Origin: Minutocellus sp. GHC0000111
Taxonomy: Eukaryota
Assembly: GCA_977018835.1 (NCBI GenBank)
Contig: OZ361261.1
Location: forward strand, 1,922,001 to 1,986,000
Reading direction: 5' to 3'
Length of the DNA: 64,000 nucleotides
Position 1 is the stretch's first letter. Every line of letters begins with the position of its first letter. Positions 35,773-47,898 of the stretch are shown piece after piece. The translations under genes were made by a program, and so were the position numbers. Under the pieces are notes generated by a model. It worked only from the letters and a program-made list of their open reading frames with translations. It was not told the origin of the DNA and searched no databases.

Positions 35773-36492
35773 ATGATGATGAAACGCCTCGTGCTACTGC
35801 TGGTCTACGCCACAACGTCCTGGCCGCTCGCACTGGCCTTCCAGCAACATCTGCAAAACAGACCACCTCATTTTCATCGCAGCTTTCGGCTTGGTGCCCT
35901 CAATAGCAACAGCAACATGCCGCAGTTTTGCGAACGTTGCGGAACTGCCACGCGCATAGAGATCCCATCCGGTGATGAGAGAGAGCGGAGCATTTGTGGA
36001 GATCCCGAGTGTGGGCACATCACTTATCAAAACCCAAAGGTTGTTGTCGGCGTGGTGGCGACTTACAAGGGCACAGTTTTGTTGTGTGAGCGAAATATTG
36101 AGCCCTGCAAGGGAAAATGGGGTTTCCCGCAGGGATTCCTCGAATTGGGAGAGTCATCTCGCCAGGGCGCCGCGAGGGAGGCTTACGAAGAAGCGGGGGT
36201 TACCGTTGATCCTGACAATGCTCAGTTGCTCGCCCTATTCAATCTCGCCGGAATGCAAGTACAAGTATTATATCGAGCGGAACTTGGGGATGATATGTTT
36301 GAGGCCGGCCACGAATCTAGTGATGTCAAATTCGTCTCTTGGGACGATATTTGGGGATATGATCTGGCTTTTCCAACTGTTGAGTGGGCATTGAAACATG
36401 CAGAAGAGATGAGAAATGAAGAAAAGCCAACTGTACTGGAACGAACAAAATTATTACAGGCAAATGGCGAATGGACCTCTGAAGAGGGATAA
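35773..36492 (+). CDS. Nudix hydrolase with N-terminal Zn ribbon (plant NUDT23-like), organelle-targeted
   Basis: FCERCG..C..CGHITYQNPKVVVG. Nudix box GFLELGESSRQGAAREAYEEAG. LAFPT. Confidence 0.9.
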   Translation: MMMKRLVLLLVYATTSWPLALAFQQHLQNRPPHFHRSFRLGALNSNSNMPQFCERCGTATRIEIPSGDERERSICGDPECGHITYQNPKVVVGVVATYKGTVLLCERNIEPCKGKWGFPQGFLELGESSRQGAAREAYEEAGVTVDPDNAQLLALFNLAGMQVQVLYRAELGDDMFEAGHESSDVKFVSWDDIWGYDLAFPTVEWALKHAEEMRNEEKPTVLERTKLLQANGEWTSEEG

Positions 36493-36592
36493 ATCTTTCT
36501 TTCGTAATGGTAAGCATTATATCATACCTGACAATAAACAAAAACTATTATTAATGATGAATATGATATTGGATCCTACGCCTAGCAGAGAT

Positions 36593-38090
36593 CTACTTCT
36601 TGATACTAACTGGGAACAAATCAGGATCAGTATCCTGGCTCCGGTCACAGCATGGTCGAGAATCAAATGTCTGGGGGAACTGATTCGCCTTCTGACCAAC
36701 GTGGTGCTCACCATAAATTGTCTTGCCCTGGTATCCAACTCCCGCTAGCCAACAGCTATACTGACAGTACTGCACGGGCGAGTCCAGCCACCACGATCTC
36801 CACGCCACGCCCGTCAGCGGATCAGGTGGGAGCTCATTGGAGCATCGGTTCGTAAAAGCAAAGGCATAGGTGGCACACTCCTCCCCATTCTCCACCATAA
36901 ATTGAGTCCTATGGTTGGTGCACTCCTGACAACTCTTGCCGTCATCGGGCTTTTGGGCCGAAATGTCACAACATTTCTTTCCAATGTCGTATCCCGTAAT
37001 CCAGCAGGAGAACTCACAGTAGCCCTGTCCAGAGGTGCACTCAGTGGGACGGCAGTTTGTACAAGAATCGCAGACCGAGTTCCTAGCCAACATTGTTGGC
37101 GATCGGTGGTTGTTGCAGAAGACGCATCCCGTCTGGTCTTCGGGCTTCTCTACGACTTGAACGGGGGATTTGACATTAGGATCGCACGAGGTGGTTGCTA
37201 CTTCGCACGTGGTTTGGGCATTTTTCTGTGTGAAAGGGAAGAAAAAAAGGAACAGTGGGTGAGATGCGAACATGTACCATGGTAGCGACCAGGAATAGAT
37301 GTACAGCGACATCAACAGTCAGTATGTGCAAGCACCCCGCCCCTTCATGTATGATATTACTCACCTGCACGGCTCGGAATGGGGCCTTTTCGAACAGTCG
37401 GCACTTCTGTTTGCCACCACCGATGTATTGGATGGCAACGCACCCCCTTCTGCGCTTGCAAATCTTGCGACACTCCTTGATGTCGACGGCGTTCTTCACA
37501 ACGACATCCTCCGGGGAGAAGTCACCGTCGCACTCGTACCCAGGTATTTTGTCATCCAATAGCGGGCGGGTCTTGACGCTGAACTTCATCCGGGCGTTGG
37601 TGCAGTCGTCCCCGACGTCGGAGGCGAACCACTTCTTCCCCGGGGTGAGGTTGCCCTCCCGGGAGATGACGAAGGTACCGGCTGTCTGCGGTCCGACGAG
37701 GAGCCAGGCGTTGGAAAAGTCGCAATTCTTGTAGGCAATCTCGTCGGTGAACTCGTACAGGCTGTGGGCCATTCCGTCTCCTCCCCACTGGACGGTAACT
37801 GTTTGGCATTGCAGTTGGTCGTACGGCTTGCCGCCCTGGGGATGGAATCGCTGCCAGGTGACCACCTCATCGACGGCCATTGCGGTCGGAATGAGAGAAC
37901 CGATAATGGCAATGGCGAGCAAAGTCACGATCGCACCGGACCTTTGGATCATGGGAAGAATTGCCGTGCTTGGTTGTGCGCCACGGGTGCAAGCAGGTCT
38001 ACTCCGGAGAGTGGTACTGGTTGTGCCGGCATTGTTGGCATGTTGTACCGGGGCTGCGGCTATTGACTGAACAGAAATAGAATCACACAT
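36593..38090 (-). CDS. Secreted protein: cupredoxin/phytocyanin-like + PAN/apple-like + Cys-rich domains; intron 37226-37364
   Basis: Signal peptide. HSLYEF..AYKNCDFSNA...WFASDVGDDC...MKF, then ECRKICKRRRGCVAIQY...CRLF, then two C..C.NHR..M...C...C..SCW..GY....CCD units. Confidence 0.7.
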
Positions 38091-38481
38091 CTTGCGTTGC
38101 CGACAGTGCTCTGCGTCTATTGGAGGTTCACTCTCGGCGGCCGCGGGTTATGACGAAGGGCGACAGTAGAATTACCCAGTCCAGCGTGGCTCATCACATC
38201 CAAAGCAAAGCCACCACCAACCCTTCGGCATTTGCGCGCGTGGCCTCAACGGCTGTTGCAAGACCGCATCAAATGTTTGCACTTGGTTCAGTGCAAAAAT
38301 GATGGGATCGAAATGGCTCGACTCGACTAACTTGACTGATTCATATTAATCGAATGAGTCGGAGTTTTATACGTACGTTGCAATGTAGTAGATGAAATAC
38401 TTATGCTCGCATTTTTCAATGAAGAAGGCAAAGGCGTGAGAGCAACCAGCGGCCACACCGGTAGTCCATCGACAATCAATC

Positions 38482-40972
38482 ATGACCAGCGCCCGGCGCA
38501 GAACAAATCGCTCAGGAGGACATGGTGGCAGCACAGAGAGAACAATGAACGAAGGCCAATCTGCCGGTGCCATCTCCTCCGCACTCCAGCCCACCACCCT
38601 CAAAATCATTTGCGCCCTGGCTGGTTTTCTCCTGCACATGCGATCGACATGGAGATGTTACTTCCCCTACGACGACGGTGGGGGTGTGCGGAACAATCCC
38701 GATGTGCTCAACCAGTCCAACGCCAGCGGGTTGGGCGTCGGCGTCATGTCAAAATGGACCGAGGTGTTTCGCAACGATTTCTGGGGCACCAGCATTAGCA
38801 GCCCCCTCACACACAAGAGTTGTCGGCCGATTGTCATCATGAGCTTTCGGATCGACGCCATCATCACTAAATGGGTAGAACGAAACGTGCTGGGCGAAGC
38901 ATGGGTGGAACAAATGGAACACGATGCTGACATTGAGCATAAAGGGGCATGGATGTTCCACGTGACGAATGTTGTGCTTTGTGCACTGGTTTGGTATCTG
39001 GTGGTGGATGTCCTGCTGATGCCAGTCGCCAAGGCGGCAGCTGAAGGATTCATATCAACGCGACGCCAATCCATGAATACGTTGTCGAGGAGTCAATCAT
39101 TGGGAATCCTCTTGGCCGGCCTTTGGTTTGCATCCCACCCAGTCCACGTTGAATGTGTTGCTCAGATTGTCGGAAGAGCGGAGACACTTGCTGCCTTGTT
39201 CTGTCTCGTTGGCACAAAATGCTACAATGTTGCTAAAACGAGTGATAACGTTTTGTCATCCTTGGGAGCCAACATTGGTCTCATGATATCGCTGTTTCTC
39301 GCGTGTCTCTGCAAGGAAACTGCGTGCGTCTTGCCAATTGTTCTTATCGGAACCGACATTGCCGTAGCTGTCTTGGCTCCCTCAAACATAAATGTCAAGG
39401 ACCACATCTGGACCAAGCCATCGTTTCCAACTCTATCATCCATCAGTGCCCTGAGCGTGACGGTTGGCTACCTTGCCTTTCGATCATGGCTCTTTGAGGG
39501 CCGTCAAGATCTGTCACCGCAAAACATTTTGATGTGCGACAACTTTGTTCTGCATTTATCAGGGATGCCAAAGTTGATGACGGCATTGTGTGTTCAAGCC
39601 AAGCATGTACAACTGTTACTCTGGCCCGATGAAGCATCGTCCGATTATTCTCTGGGGGTTGTTGATCCAATTTTCACTTGGTCAGACTCGAACATGGTTT
39701 TATTTTATGGTGTCGCGATGGGCCTAACACTTGCAATTGGATCGGCGTTACAAACATTGATGCAGCGTGGGAATACAGCGCTAGTTCAAGCAATTGGCTG
39801 GACTTTCGCCCCGTTAGTTCCAGCTTCGCATGTTGTGACAATAGGGACGCCCATGGCAGAACGGTTGCTGTTTACGCCGAGCATCGGGGTTGCCATTTTG
39901 ATTTGTTATTTATTTGCGGTTGCGGAGGAACCGGGAGCGCGCTTTGCATCGGGTCGCCAAAGAATGCCGATACAGACCATCATTCTCATTGCAATGGTGG
40001 CAGCATCGACTGCTCGTTTTTCTATTATGACATATCAGAGAGTTCCAGAGTGGGAAGATTCGAAGGCTGTATTTGAAGCTGATGTCAAAAAGTTCCCACA
40101 GTCAGTCAAGTTGAACATGGCACTTGCTCGGGGGTGGTGGGGTGAGACCGCCGAGGAGTCAGCCAAAAGTTATGCGCATGCAATGGCAGCGCAAGAAGTA
40201 GTTGATTTGTATGGAGATGGTTTGAAAGATACGCCATATGTTATCGGGCTCCCGATGATGGCCTTTCAGCATGCACGGACCTCTGCATGGCCAGATGCAG
40301 ACTTGGGCAAAGCTCTTTCATTGGCAAAAAAAATTGAAGAACTAGATGCGCAGCGAAAGATTAGTGCTGACGACATGGCATTCGTCTTGTCCGCGAGGGG
40401 GCAGGAATTTCTCAAATTAGGACTGCCGAAGCAAGAGAAGCAGCTTCTCATTGAAGCCGAGGCTGCATTTCGAGAGGCTGAACGAAATGATGGCACCAAA
40501 AGAGCGCCATGGCTGAACTACTCGTCCGTCTTCGCAGAAAGGAACTTCATTACTACAATTTCATCGGCAACAACAACGACTCCTTGATGAATGTGTTGGG
40601 ATGCAGTCCCATCATGTACGGCGCCGTCATGCACACTGCGGGCATCTTGGGTTTGAAGAAGAAGAAACACGAAGACTGCGATGTGTTTTTTGTGAGAGAG
40701 GACAGACAACCAGAGTGGATGGGATGAAATGGCATCAAGACACTGCCTTGCCGACGACGTTCAGCGAACCCCATGCTGATGTGAGTGATTATGCAAACTT
40801 AATGGGCGAACTTGCGGGATTTAAGAACACAGATGTATCAGCTGCCTCAAAATGGGGCACGGAAGCAAAACGGGCTCTGAGTACAGTTCTATCGCATCCA
40901 GGGCTCCACGAGAAGCCCGGGCACGAGAAATTGTGGCAGACAATGTTGAGTTGGGTTGAATCAAATGTGTAA
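38482..40972 (+). CDS. TMTC-like (DUF1736) protein O-mannosyltransferase, C-terminus interrupted by a captured ~265-bp fragment
   Basis: YDD...RNNP, FRNDFWG, HKSCRP, FHVTNV, FASHPVHVECVAQIVGRAE, LCKET, SSDYS, AERLLFTPSIG, R..EW. The tail resumes after 40776 (ADVSDYAN...WVESNV*). Confidence 0.85.
40510..40776 (+). repeat. Dispersed duplicate of 17980-18242
   Basis: Near-identical sequence tggctgaact...cgaaccccatgc at both loci, with a few substitutions and one 4-nt indel. Confidence 0.95.
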
Positions 40973-41725
40973 AAAATATAAAAGGACAGCATTGCTGGGA
41001 ACTGTTCTATCTAGCTAGAAGCTTAGTCCCTTGGAGATTTGCTGCTGTAGTTGACTTGCTGATGATTTAGACCTACCTACATACGGGAAGCTTCCGGTGT
41101 GTAGTAGTACCTGGCAAGCAACTGAACTCTCCTCCGCGTTCGGTACGAGGTCGCGGACAGCAGTTTCAGGGACCCGGTTTTCGGGTCTTTGGGCAAAATC
41201 TCATAAAAATCAGCACAAACGCACGCAGCAAGCAGCATTTATTTGCCATCGTCCTGTCTTCAAGATGGCGGTGACGGCAGTGCCGATGGCATCCGCTTCA
41301 CGCAAGGGACAAGCGTGGTGTCTCCAGAACGGGTTGGTCCTTGACCTTGGACCGACTCGGAGACATCGATTTCATCTTCCCATGCCAGCGTCTGGCCGAT
41401 TCACCCCATCCATCGCCCCTCCCGACTTCTGCCAGTTTTTCCGATGACAACCGGTCACCTCCTCCACCTCCCGACCCCACCACCACCTCCCAAATGCATT
41501 GATTCAAGTAGCCATGTGGTTTGAGCTCCGACATCGGTCTCCATGGTCCCCACAATGGCGCATCTTATGCGGTCCGGGTGACCCCGCGCCAAAATCGAGC
41601 GGGCCAAAAAAATCATCACCCGCCCGGCGCGCCCTCCACTCAATGAAACCTTCCTCATTTCCAACCCACCCGACATACAAACTGTTGCTCTACTGCCACA
41701 AAATACTGCATCCAACACCATATTA

Positions 41726-43361
41726 ATGCAAATGGCTGTTGCTGCTGCTGCCACCGCAGCTGATGCGCCAGCATGTCGCCGCTCCCGTCGGTCCGGCAGC
41801 TCCATCCCATGCTTTGATTATTTTGTCCATCGGAGCGGCACCATCGATGCCTCTACGATTCGTGGCAAGTCTCCTGGGATGATCCAGACCATAGCGAACC
41901 GGGCATGGGCGGGCCTCTCACTTCAGAAACAGCAGGATGTCATGGAGCAAGCCCGAGAGGAGGAGCTGTGCTGTCCGAGCCAGACCGGTCCTGATCCGGC
42001 ACAAGATGTGCCGATTTCTCAAATTCAAATTGCTCGGCGCAATTCGTCATCCAACATCGCCGATGCCAGCCCTGAGCCGACGGTCGAGGACAATGCTGGT
42101 GTCGCTGCTCGTCCTGGTGATGATGACATCGAAGCTGGGGGCATCGCCGAGTCCATGGTGGTGGATGGAAGCGGCAACAGTGAAGAATCTGGCAATCCTG
42201 CCAGTGTCGGTGTTTCTGCTACCGGCACCGCCAATTCTGGTGGATCGACCGAGGAGAATTTGGATGTGCTGCTGGTTGAGGCCGAAGCGCAATGCAAAGC
42301 TGCAGAGGAGGCTTTGAAAGGGCTAAGGGACACCTTGAAACGAGAAAAGCGGAAGGATGAAAAGGCCATGGCCGATGCCGAGAAGAAAAGGAACAAAATG
42401 AAGGATGAGAACGGCAATTTACCGAATGCGAGTTCTCCTCGTGCATTGCGATGAGAAATGGTTCTGGGGTCTCGTCCTCCGAGCTTTTGCGAAGGCTTGC
42501 GAGGAAATCGGCGTGAAAAAGCGAGATTACGCGGCCTTTCACAGGAGCCACATCAACAAGGTCATGGCCATTGCATTTGTTGCCGCTGTCTTTGACGGTT
42601 CTCTTGAGAGTGGGTGCGAGGTTGTAAAACTGCCACTGGTACGAGCTCAAGCTCCTAAAATAGCGGAGCGAGCTCAGCACGAAGCAGTGTCACAGCCTGA
42701 TGGTTCAACACGGCACCCAAATACCAACCCCGATGGGACACCAAAGGAACCTCTTCGCCGGAAAGGAGAGTCGTTTCTTGTTGATTGTTGCGTTACTGGA
42801 TCGAACGAAGGCACCAAAAAGGATCCGAAATGCTCTTTGCTCCTCGTATTCAAGGAGACTATTTTCCCAGCGATTCTCAACCTTGTCGGTCCGGGCAAGC
42901 AATACGAAGATTGCCATGTTATTATCCAGGGCGACCAGGCCGGGCCTCACGAGGACGGAACCTTCACGCAATTTGTTACTAACTTCTGTGCTGAGCAAGG
43001 CTGGACGTGGCAGCCACAGGCACCGCAGATGCCTCACGCCAACGTCCTTGACTTGAGCGTGTTCCCCGCGATGAGCCGGCGGCACTCGGAATGGGCACGA
43101 AAAATGGTAGGCACCTCCGTCATTTCCACCGACCAGATCTGGGACACTGCCGAGGACGTTTACGATAGCATGCCTAACTGCAAAATTGCTTCGGCCTTCA
43201 TTCAGTACTGGAGGATAATGGGCCTGGTGATTAAGGCCGGTGGTAGCAATGAGTTTGTTGGAAGGTTGGGTGACGAAAACTTGCACACTGGAATTAGGAT
43301 CGACTTCAACGAAACGGCCAAGGGGATGGAGCCCTCAGCTCGTCATCCTTCTAATAAATAG
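41726..43361 (+). pseudogene. Mariner-like DD38D transposase, frameshifted or internally deleted at ~42420
   Basis: ORF 41726..42454 (HMG-box-like segment + coiled coil) overlaps ORF 42405..43361 (CDEKWF, QGDQAGPH, QAPQMPHANVLDLSVF). The HTH/linker region present in element 1 is missing. Confidence 0.85.
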
Positions 43362-43456
43362 ATAGTGTTAATGTCTTTACACATGTATTAAATAAATGTT
43401 ACACGTCTACAAATTATTTATAGATCTACATGTAAGATGCAGCAGCATTGGTTTGT

Positions 43457-44590
43457 TTATGTCACGGTGGGCTTCTTTGTTCTTCTATTTCTACCGGTAT
43501 TCTTTTTTGCCTCCTTGGCCTTCTTATGATCATTAGAAAGCCACACAGCGTGGAGGGACTGACGAATCTTTCCGCGCTTCACACCATATGCATCGGCAAG
43601 TTTATTGTCAGTGAGGTCAGGGTGAGCAGTTGGTTGTTTACTCCCATCCTCATATCCCAACTTATATGCATCTAATGCAATCTTGTCAGTAGATAATGCA
43701 ATAGAGAATTCTATTGTCTTGTTATCATACAATCCGAGTTCTCTGCTTCTCCACCCTTTCGGGTAGGCACCACGACCCTCTCTTACTTGGCGATCGACTT
43801 CGATCATGCCTAGCACTGTGGTGACCGCGACCTCGCTACCCCAACCAGGAACTTGTTTGAAGGGGAGGTAGACCCCTTTCTCTTTTCTTCTTGGTTCGGG
43901 CCTCTGACTACATGTGGGTGACTTGTAGTTCTTTATATCTTGTGGTAGTGGTGCTTCTCCGTACGTCAAAAAGCACGCAAGCCTCCGATGTTCCTCAACC
44001 TCTCGTTCAATCTGTCGTTCGGTTGGTTCGGTTGGAGGCAAGGGCTCCAAGATGGTAGGGGATGACAATTGAAGGTTGCTGAACGACGGGCATGAGCGGC
44101 TTGGGGTAAGAGCATACTGAGTATGAACTGACATTGGACTTGTTACCATGGGCGTGGCGGAGGGAAGGTCGAATGAGCTCACGGGCTTTCTCCTCTCGCC
44201 GCTTGGCTTTGCGTCGGCGGTTGCTATGCTCATCTCTGAGAATGAATCATCTTCATCAGAATGAGATGAAACGGTAGCGGTACCGCGAAAGTCGGCACGC
44301 AATATGTCATGATGCAAGTACTTCCTTGCTTGGGCTTGTTCGGCGGCGAAGCCATCCTCTTCGTTGTACTCGCGTCGATATTTCAACACACGAGGAGATG
44401 TGAGGTCTGACGATGCCGGTGGGACCCCTTGGTTGTCCTCCTCGTCATCGTTGTCCTTGTTCTCTCGATACCGCGGATGTTCCGGCGGAACGGAAGTTTC
44501 CTTCTCATGGCGCGAGGGGCTGAATGCAGTCGCCTCGGCGCATTTCGGTGGACGCGGTGGACTGAAGATGTGTCCCTTTGGAGTATCCAT
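43457..44590 (-). CDS. Unknown cargo/accessory protein inside element 2 (~377 aa; disordered N-half, folded C-half, basic NLS-like tail)
   Basis: Uninterrupted ORF from MDTPKG, lying entirely between the TIRs and convergent with the transposase. Confidence 0.7.
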   Translation of the reverse strand: MDTPKGHIFSPPRPPKCAEATAFSPSRHEKETSVPPEHPRYRENKDNDDEEDNQGVPPASSDLTSPRVLKYRREYNEEDGFAAEQAQARKYLHHDILRADFRGTATVSSHSDEDDSFSEMSIATADAKPSGERRKPVSSFDLPSATPMVTSPMSVHTQYALTPSRSCPSFSNLQLSSPTILEPLPPTEPTERQIEREVEEHRRLACFLTYGEAPLPQDIKNYKSPTCSQRPEPRRKEKGVYLPFKQVPGWGSEVAVTTVLGMIEVDRQVREGRGAYPKGWRSRELGLYDNKTIEFSIALSTDKIALDAYKLGYEDGSKQPTAHPDLTDNKLADAYGVKRGKIRQSLHAVWLSNDHKKAKEAKKNTGRNRRTKKPTVT

Positions 44591-44828
44591 GAGTATGGAA
44601 GCTTCTTGAAGCGCCAGTCGGCAGAAGTTGCCCAGTCTATTTGTGGTAATTGCTTGGAGGTCGGTTGTTGACGGATTTGTTTTGTTTTGCTTGCTTTGCC
44701 ACGTGTTTTTCAAGGTGGGCGCAAACCGCCGTGTCGGAAAGTCCAAAGACCCAAAAAACCGGGTCCCCGAAATTGCTGTCCCGGACCTCGTAGGAGACAC
44801 CCGGAGGATGTGATGACCTCGCCAAAAG

Positions 44829-44854
44829 TACGAGCTCGTACATGTAGGAATTCC
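44829..44854. repeat. Footprint array TA-CGAGCTCG-TA-CATG-TA-GGAATTCC
   Basis: The first unit equals the first 4 and last 4 nt of element 2 joined between two TAs. Confidence 0.75.
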
Positions 44855-44949
44855 GCCTGCAGCTGCGGCTTTCAACACAAGAAGGCTGATCCCCCGAGTA
44901 GACGACGATACGCCGGTTTGCCACCAATGGCCTCAGCGGAGCAAAGATA

Positions 44950-45598
44950 ATGACACCACAAACTCCTACGCAATGCGTTGATAGCGCAGTAGATGCGACG
45001 ACGCCAGCCGAGCGGCTTTCCACAGCGCTGAAGATGGCGCGAGCGACCATGATCGTCTACTCCTATGACAAGAGTGGCAATGACAAGGACATTGCCAATA
45101 ATGAACGCCTACAGGATAGTGCAATCAGCCAAAGCGTTGCATCAACGAGGGACTTGACCCTGGAGATGGAGTCGGCTGGTCTTGAAAGGCAGCGAGCACT
45201 TCGAGAAGCTCAAGATTTTCTTGCACTGGAAAATCGCCAGGATACAAACACGGAAGAGCAACGACAAGATATTCAGTGCGACGAAAGATGCGACAATAAC
45301 AAGCAGCGTGGAAGATTCTATCGAACCTTTTGATGTTCAGTCACTACTGGACGAGATTGCCGCATTGAAGAAATCCGTCAAGGAAGCCAATGAGGAAGTG
45401 ACGGAACTGAAATCAGCGCTGAACAGCTCATTGAATAATCCTGCAATTAAAGCGGACATGGACGCGAAGTCACCCGTCGACGAGGTGTTGTGTTCCAAGT
45501 CTACATGTGATACAACTCTTATTACTTGCAGTGTCCGCCATTATGATGAGTTCCAGTACGACCATGGAGAAAATGGAATGAGAACCGGCGCAGATTAG
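44950..45598 (+). CDS. Hypothetical coiled-coil protein; probable frameshift ~45285
   Basis: ORFs 44950..45333 and 45182..45598 join at an A-run. Heptad-like segments. Confidence 0.45.
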
Positions 45599-45831
45599 GG
45601 GAGAGACTGCGAAGATATGTGCGACAATCTTTGTTTCCTAGGAAAATTCGCCACTTTGATCTCGGGAAATGCTGCCCACAAGAAGCAAACGCTGATAGAG
45701 TAATAATAATCAACAAGAGCATTCGATAACAAATGACACGCGGCAAGATATGAAACACCGTTGAAAAACGCAATACCTTTCTAGAATTAAATATTGATTA
45801 GACCAAGACATGAATGTGATATTCATCGTTT

Positions 45832-47438
45832 CTATCCCTTGTATTCCTTGAGTACATCGCCGGCAATCACAAGATGCTGAATCTCACTCGTGCCTTCGTA
45901 AATTTCTGTAATCCGAGCATCGCGATAATGTCTTCCGGCTGGCATATCCGAGACGTATCCCATCCCACCAAGGACTTGAATTGCTTGATGAGAGCACATG
46001 GTTGCTGCCTCGCTTGCTGCCAGCTTGGCCATGGCCGCTTCTCGAGTGTACTTTTCACCAGCGTCCTTGAGCATAGCCGCTCTCCACATGAGCAGTCGGG
46101 AAGAGTCGCGGGCTATAGACATGGCGCTAATCTTGTTCTGAATGGATTGAAAGGAGGCGATTGGCTTGCCGAATGCCTGGCGTTCAAGAGCGTAGTTGGC
46201 TGCGCAATCAATCGAGGCAGAAGCAATGCCCACAGCTTGACCGGCAACTCCAATGCGCCCTCCATCCAAGGTTTTCATGGCAATCTTGAAGCCATCGCCC
46301 TCCTTGCCAAGCAAACTATCAAGTGGAATGCGAACATTATCAAAGATGAGGTTGGAAGTTGACGAAGCACGGATGCCCAACTTGTCTTCCTTGGCGCCAA
46401 GAGAAAATCCCTCGGCATCAAGAGGCACGATAAAAGCCGAAATACCCTTGTGTTTCAGAGATTTATCGGTAGTGGCAAATATGACAGCCGCCGTAGATTC
46501 ATGAGCATTGGTAATCCATGCCTTGGTGCCGTTGATAATCCACTCACTTCCATCCTCCGACAGGGTGGCGGTTGTCGAGGCGGCGCCGGCATCACTACCA
46601 TTGCCAGGTTCCGATAGGCCGAAGCAGCCAATGTTGAGGGTTTCGTCGTCCTTAATTGGCTGCGCGTACGGGGTCACCCACTTCTCCTTCTGCTCGTGAG
46701 TTCCGAATGCCTGGATGGGCCACAGGTAGAGCGAATTGTGCGCGGACATGATGACGCCAGCAGATGCGCACCCACGGCTAATCTCCTCCATGGCGATGGC
46801 ATAGGCGAGAGCATCGAGCTCAGAGCCACCATACTCACCGGGGACGTTGATTCCCATCAGGCCAAGCTCGGCCTATTGGAAGCGAAAGAGCAAGTAGTGT
46901 GTCATCGAAATGTGTATCAATTGCATGTGTCAATTGCAGCGATGCAATTCAGCATTTCATGTGATGTGACGGAATGGAATGGAATGTGACAAGAGCAAGG
47001 AATGAGAAAGATGCAAAGAATGGCTTTTGTCAGTTGAATGGTGATAAAATGGGCACAGCTTGGCACAGCAAAGTCCTAACCTCTGAAACCGAACCGATGG
47101 CATGAAGATTTGCCAATCGGCGCACTTCAACGTTACGTGCGGTAACGCACCATATGAGTGATTGCCTCAGTGGGAAATGCATGTTTCTGGTCCCACTCGC
47201 CGGCGTTGGGCGCCAGCTCTTCGTTTGCAAAGTTGCGGCACATCTCGTAGATCATCTGATGCTCCTCAGGAAGCTGTGAGTGGGTGGTGTATTGGCGCTG
47301 ATTGGAAGGTAGGGAAACATTCGCCGATGACGAACCCGAACTCGTTGCTGCAACGGCCGGTGCCAGCTGCTTCGAGACGGCGGTTGAGATGGAGTAGCCG
47401 GCCCTCTTGGACAGGAGGGAAGCTGAACGGGAGAGCAT
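45832..47438 (-). CDS. ACADS: Short-chain acyl-CoA dehydrogenase, mitochondrial; intron 46873-47150
   Basis: [69 protein letters not shown]. Mitochondrial transit-like N-terminus. Confidence 0.93.
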
Positions 47439-47898
47439 GTTGGATCTGTTTGCTTTGTGATTGACTGCCTTGGAGATGTTCTGATTTATGATTTGATCGC
47501 ATTCGTTGGCTGTTTTGGTTGGAGGAGTGTTGATGGATGGATCTTGACACCAGAAGCTGGAGGACGCGATGACGATGCGCCAATCTTTTCCATGACCCCG
47601 AGTTTTTTGCATAGGAGACACAAGCTCAGCGGCCTCTCGGCCGAATCGCCCAGCGCGTGCTGCTTGCTGCTGTCGATTGCCGCAAAGGGGCGAGATATCT
47701 TGGTACCTGCAGCCCATGCAGCTATATGTAAGTTAGCTACAGCAAGCACTACAAGCAGACGCTCTGTATATCATTCATTTACTGGTATGTAGGAATTCCT
47801 ATCAGCTGGTCAGTCAGAGTCGAGCCTTCCTGCATGCAACCAATTCTCTCCTGCTTCCCTTTTTCCATTCTTCATTGATGATAAAAATCCTTGCTTCT

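Larger units (their letters stand above)
41146..44790 (+). mobile_element. Tc1/mariner-superfamily DNA transposon (element 2) with a convergent second gene
   Basis: TA at 41144-45 and 44791-92. ~47-bp TIRs: left CGAGGTCGCGGACAGCAGTTTCAGGGACCCGGTTTTCGGGTCTTTGG, right revcomp CGAGGTCCGGGACAGCAATTTCGGGGACCCGGTTTTTTGGGTCTTTGG. Confidence 0.93.

Noticed and set aside
40510..40776. Insert as a MITE/SINE with a CCATG target-site duplication
   Set aside because: It has no terminal repeats or tail, and it is an internal slice of a longer ORF remnant whose own ends supply the matching bases.
43457..44590. Cargo ORF as a Fanzor/TnpB RNA-guided nuclease (known passengers of mariner elements)
   Set aside because: No RuvC D-P-G/E/D motifs or Zn-finger cysteines are visible.
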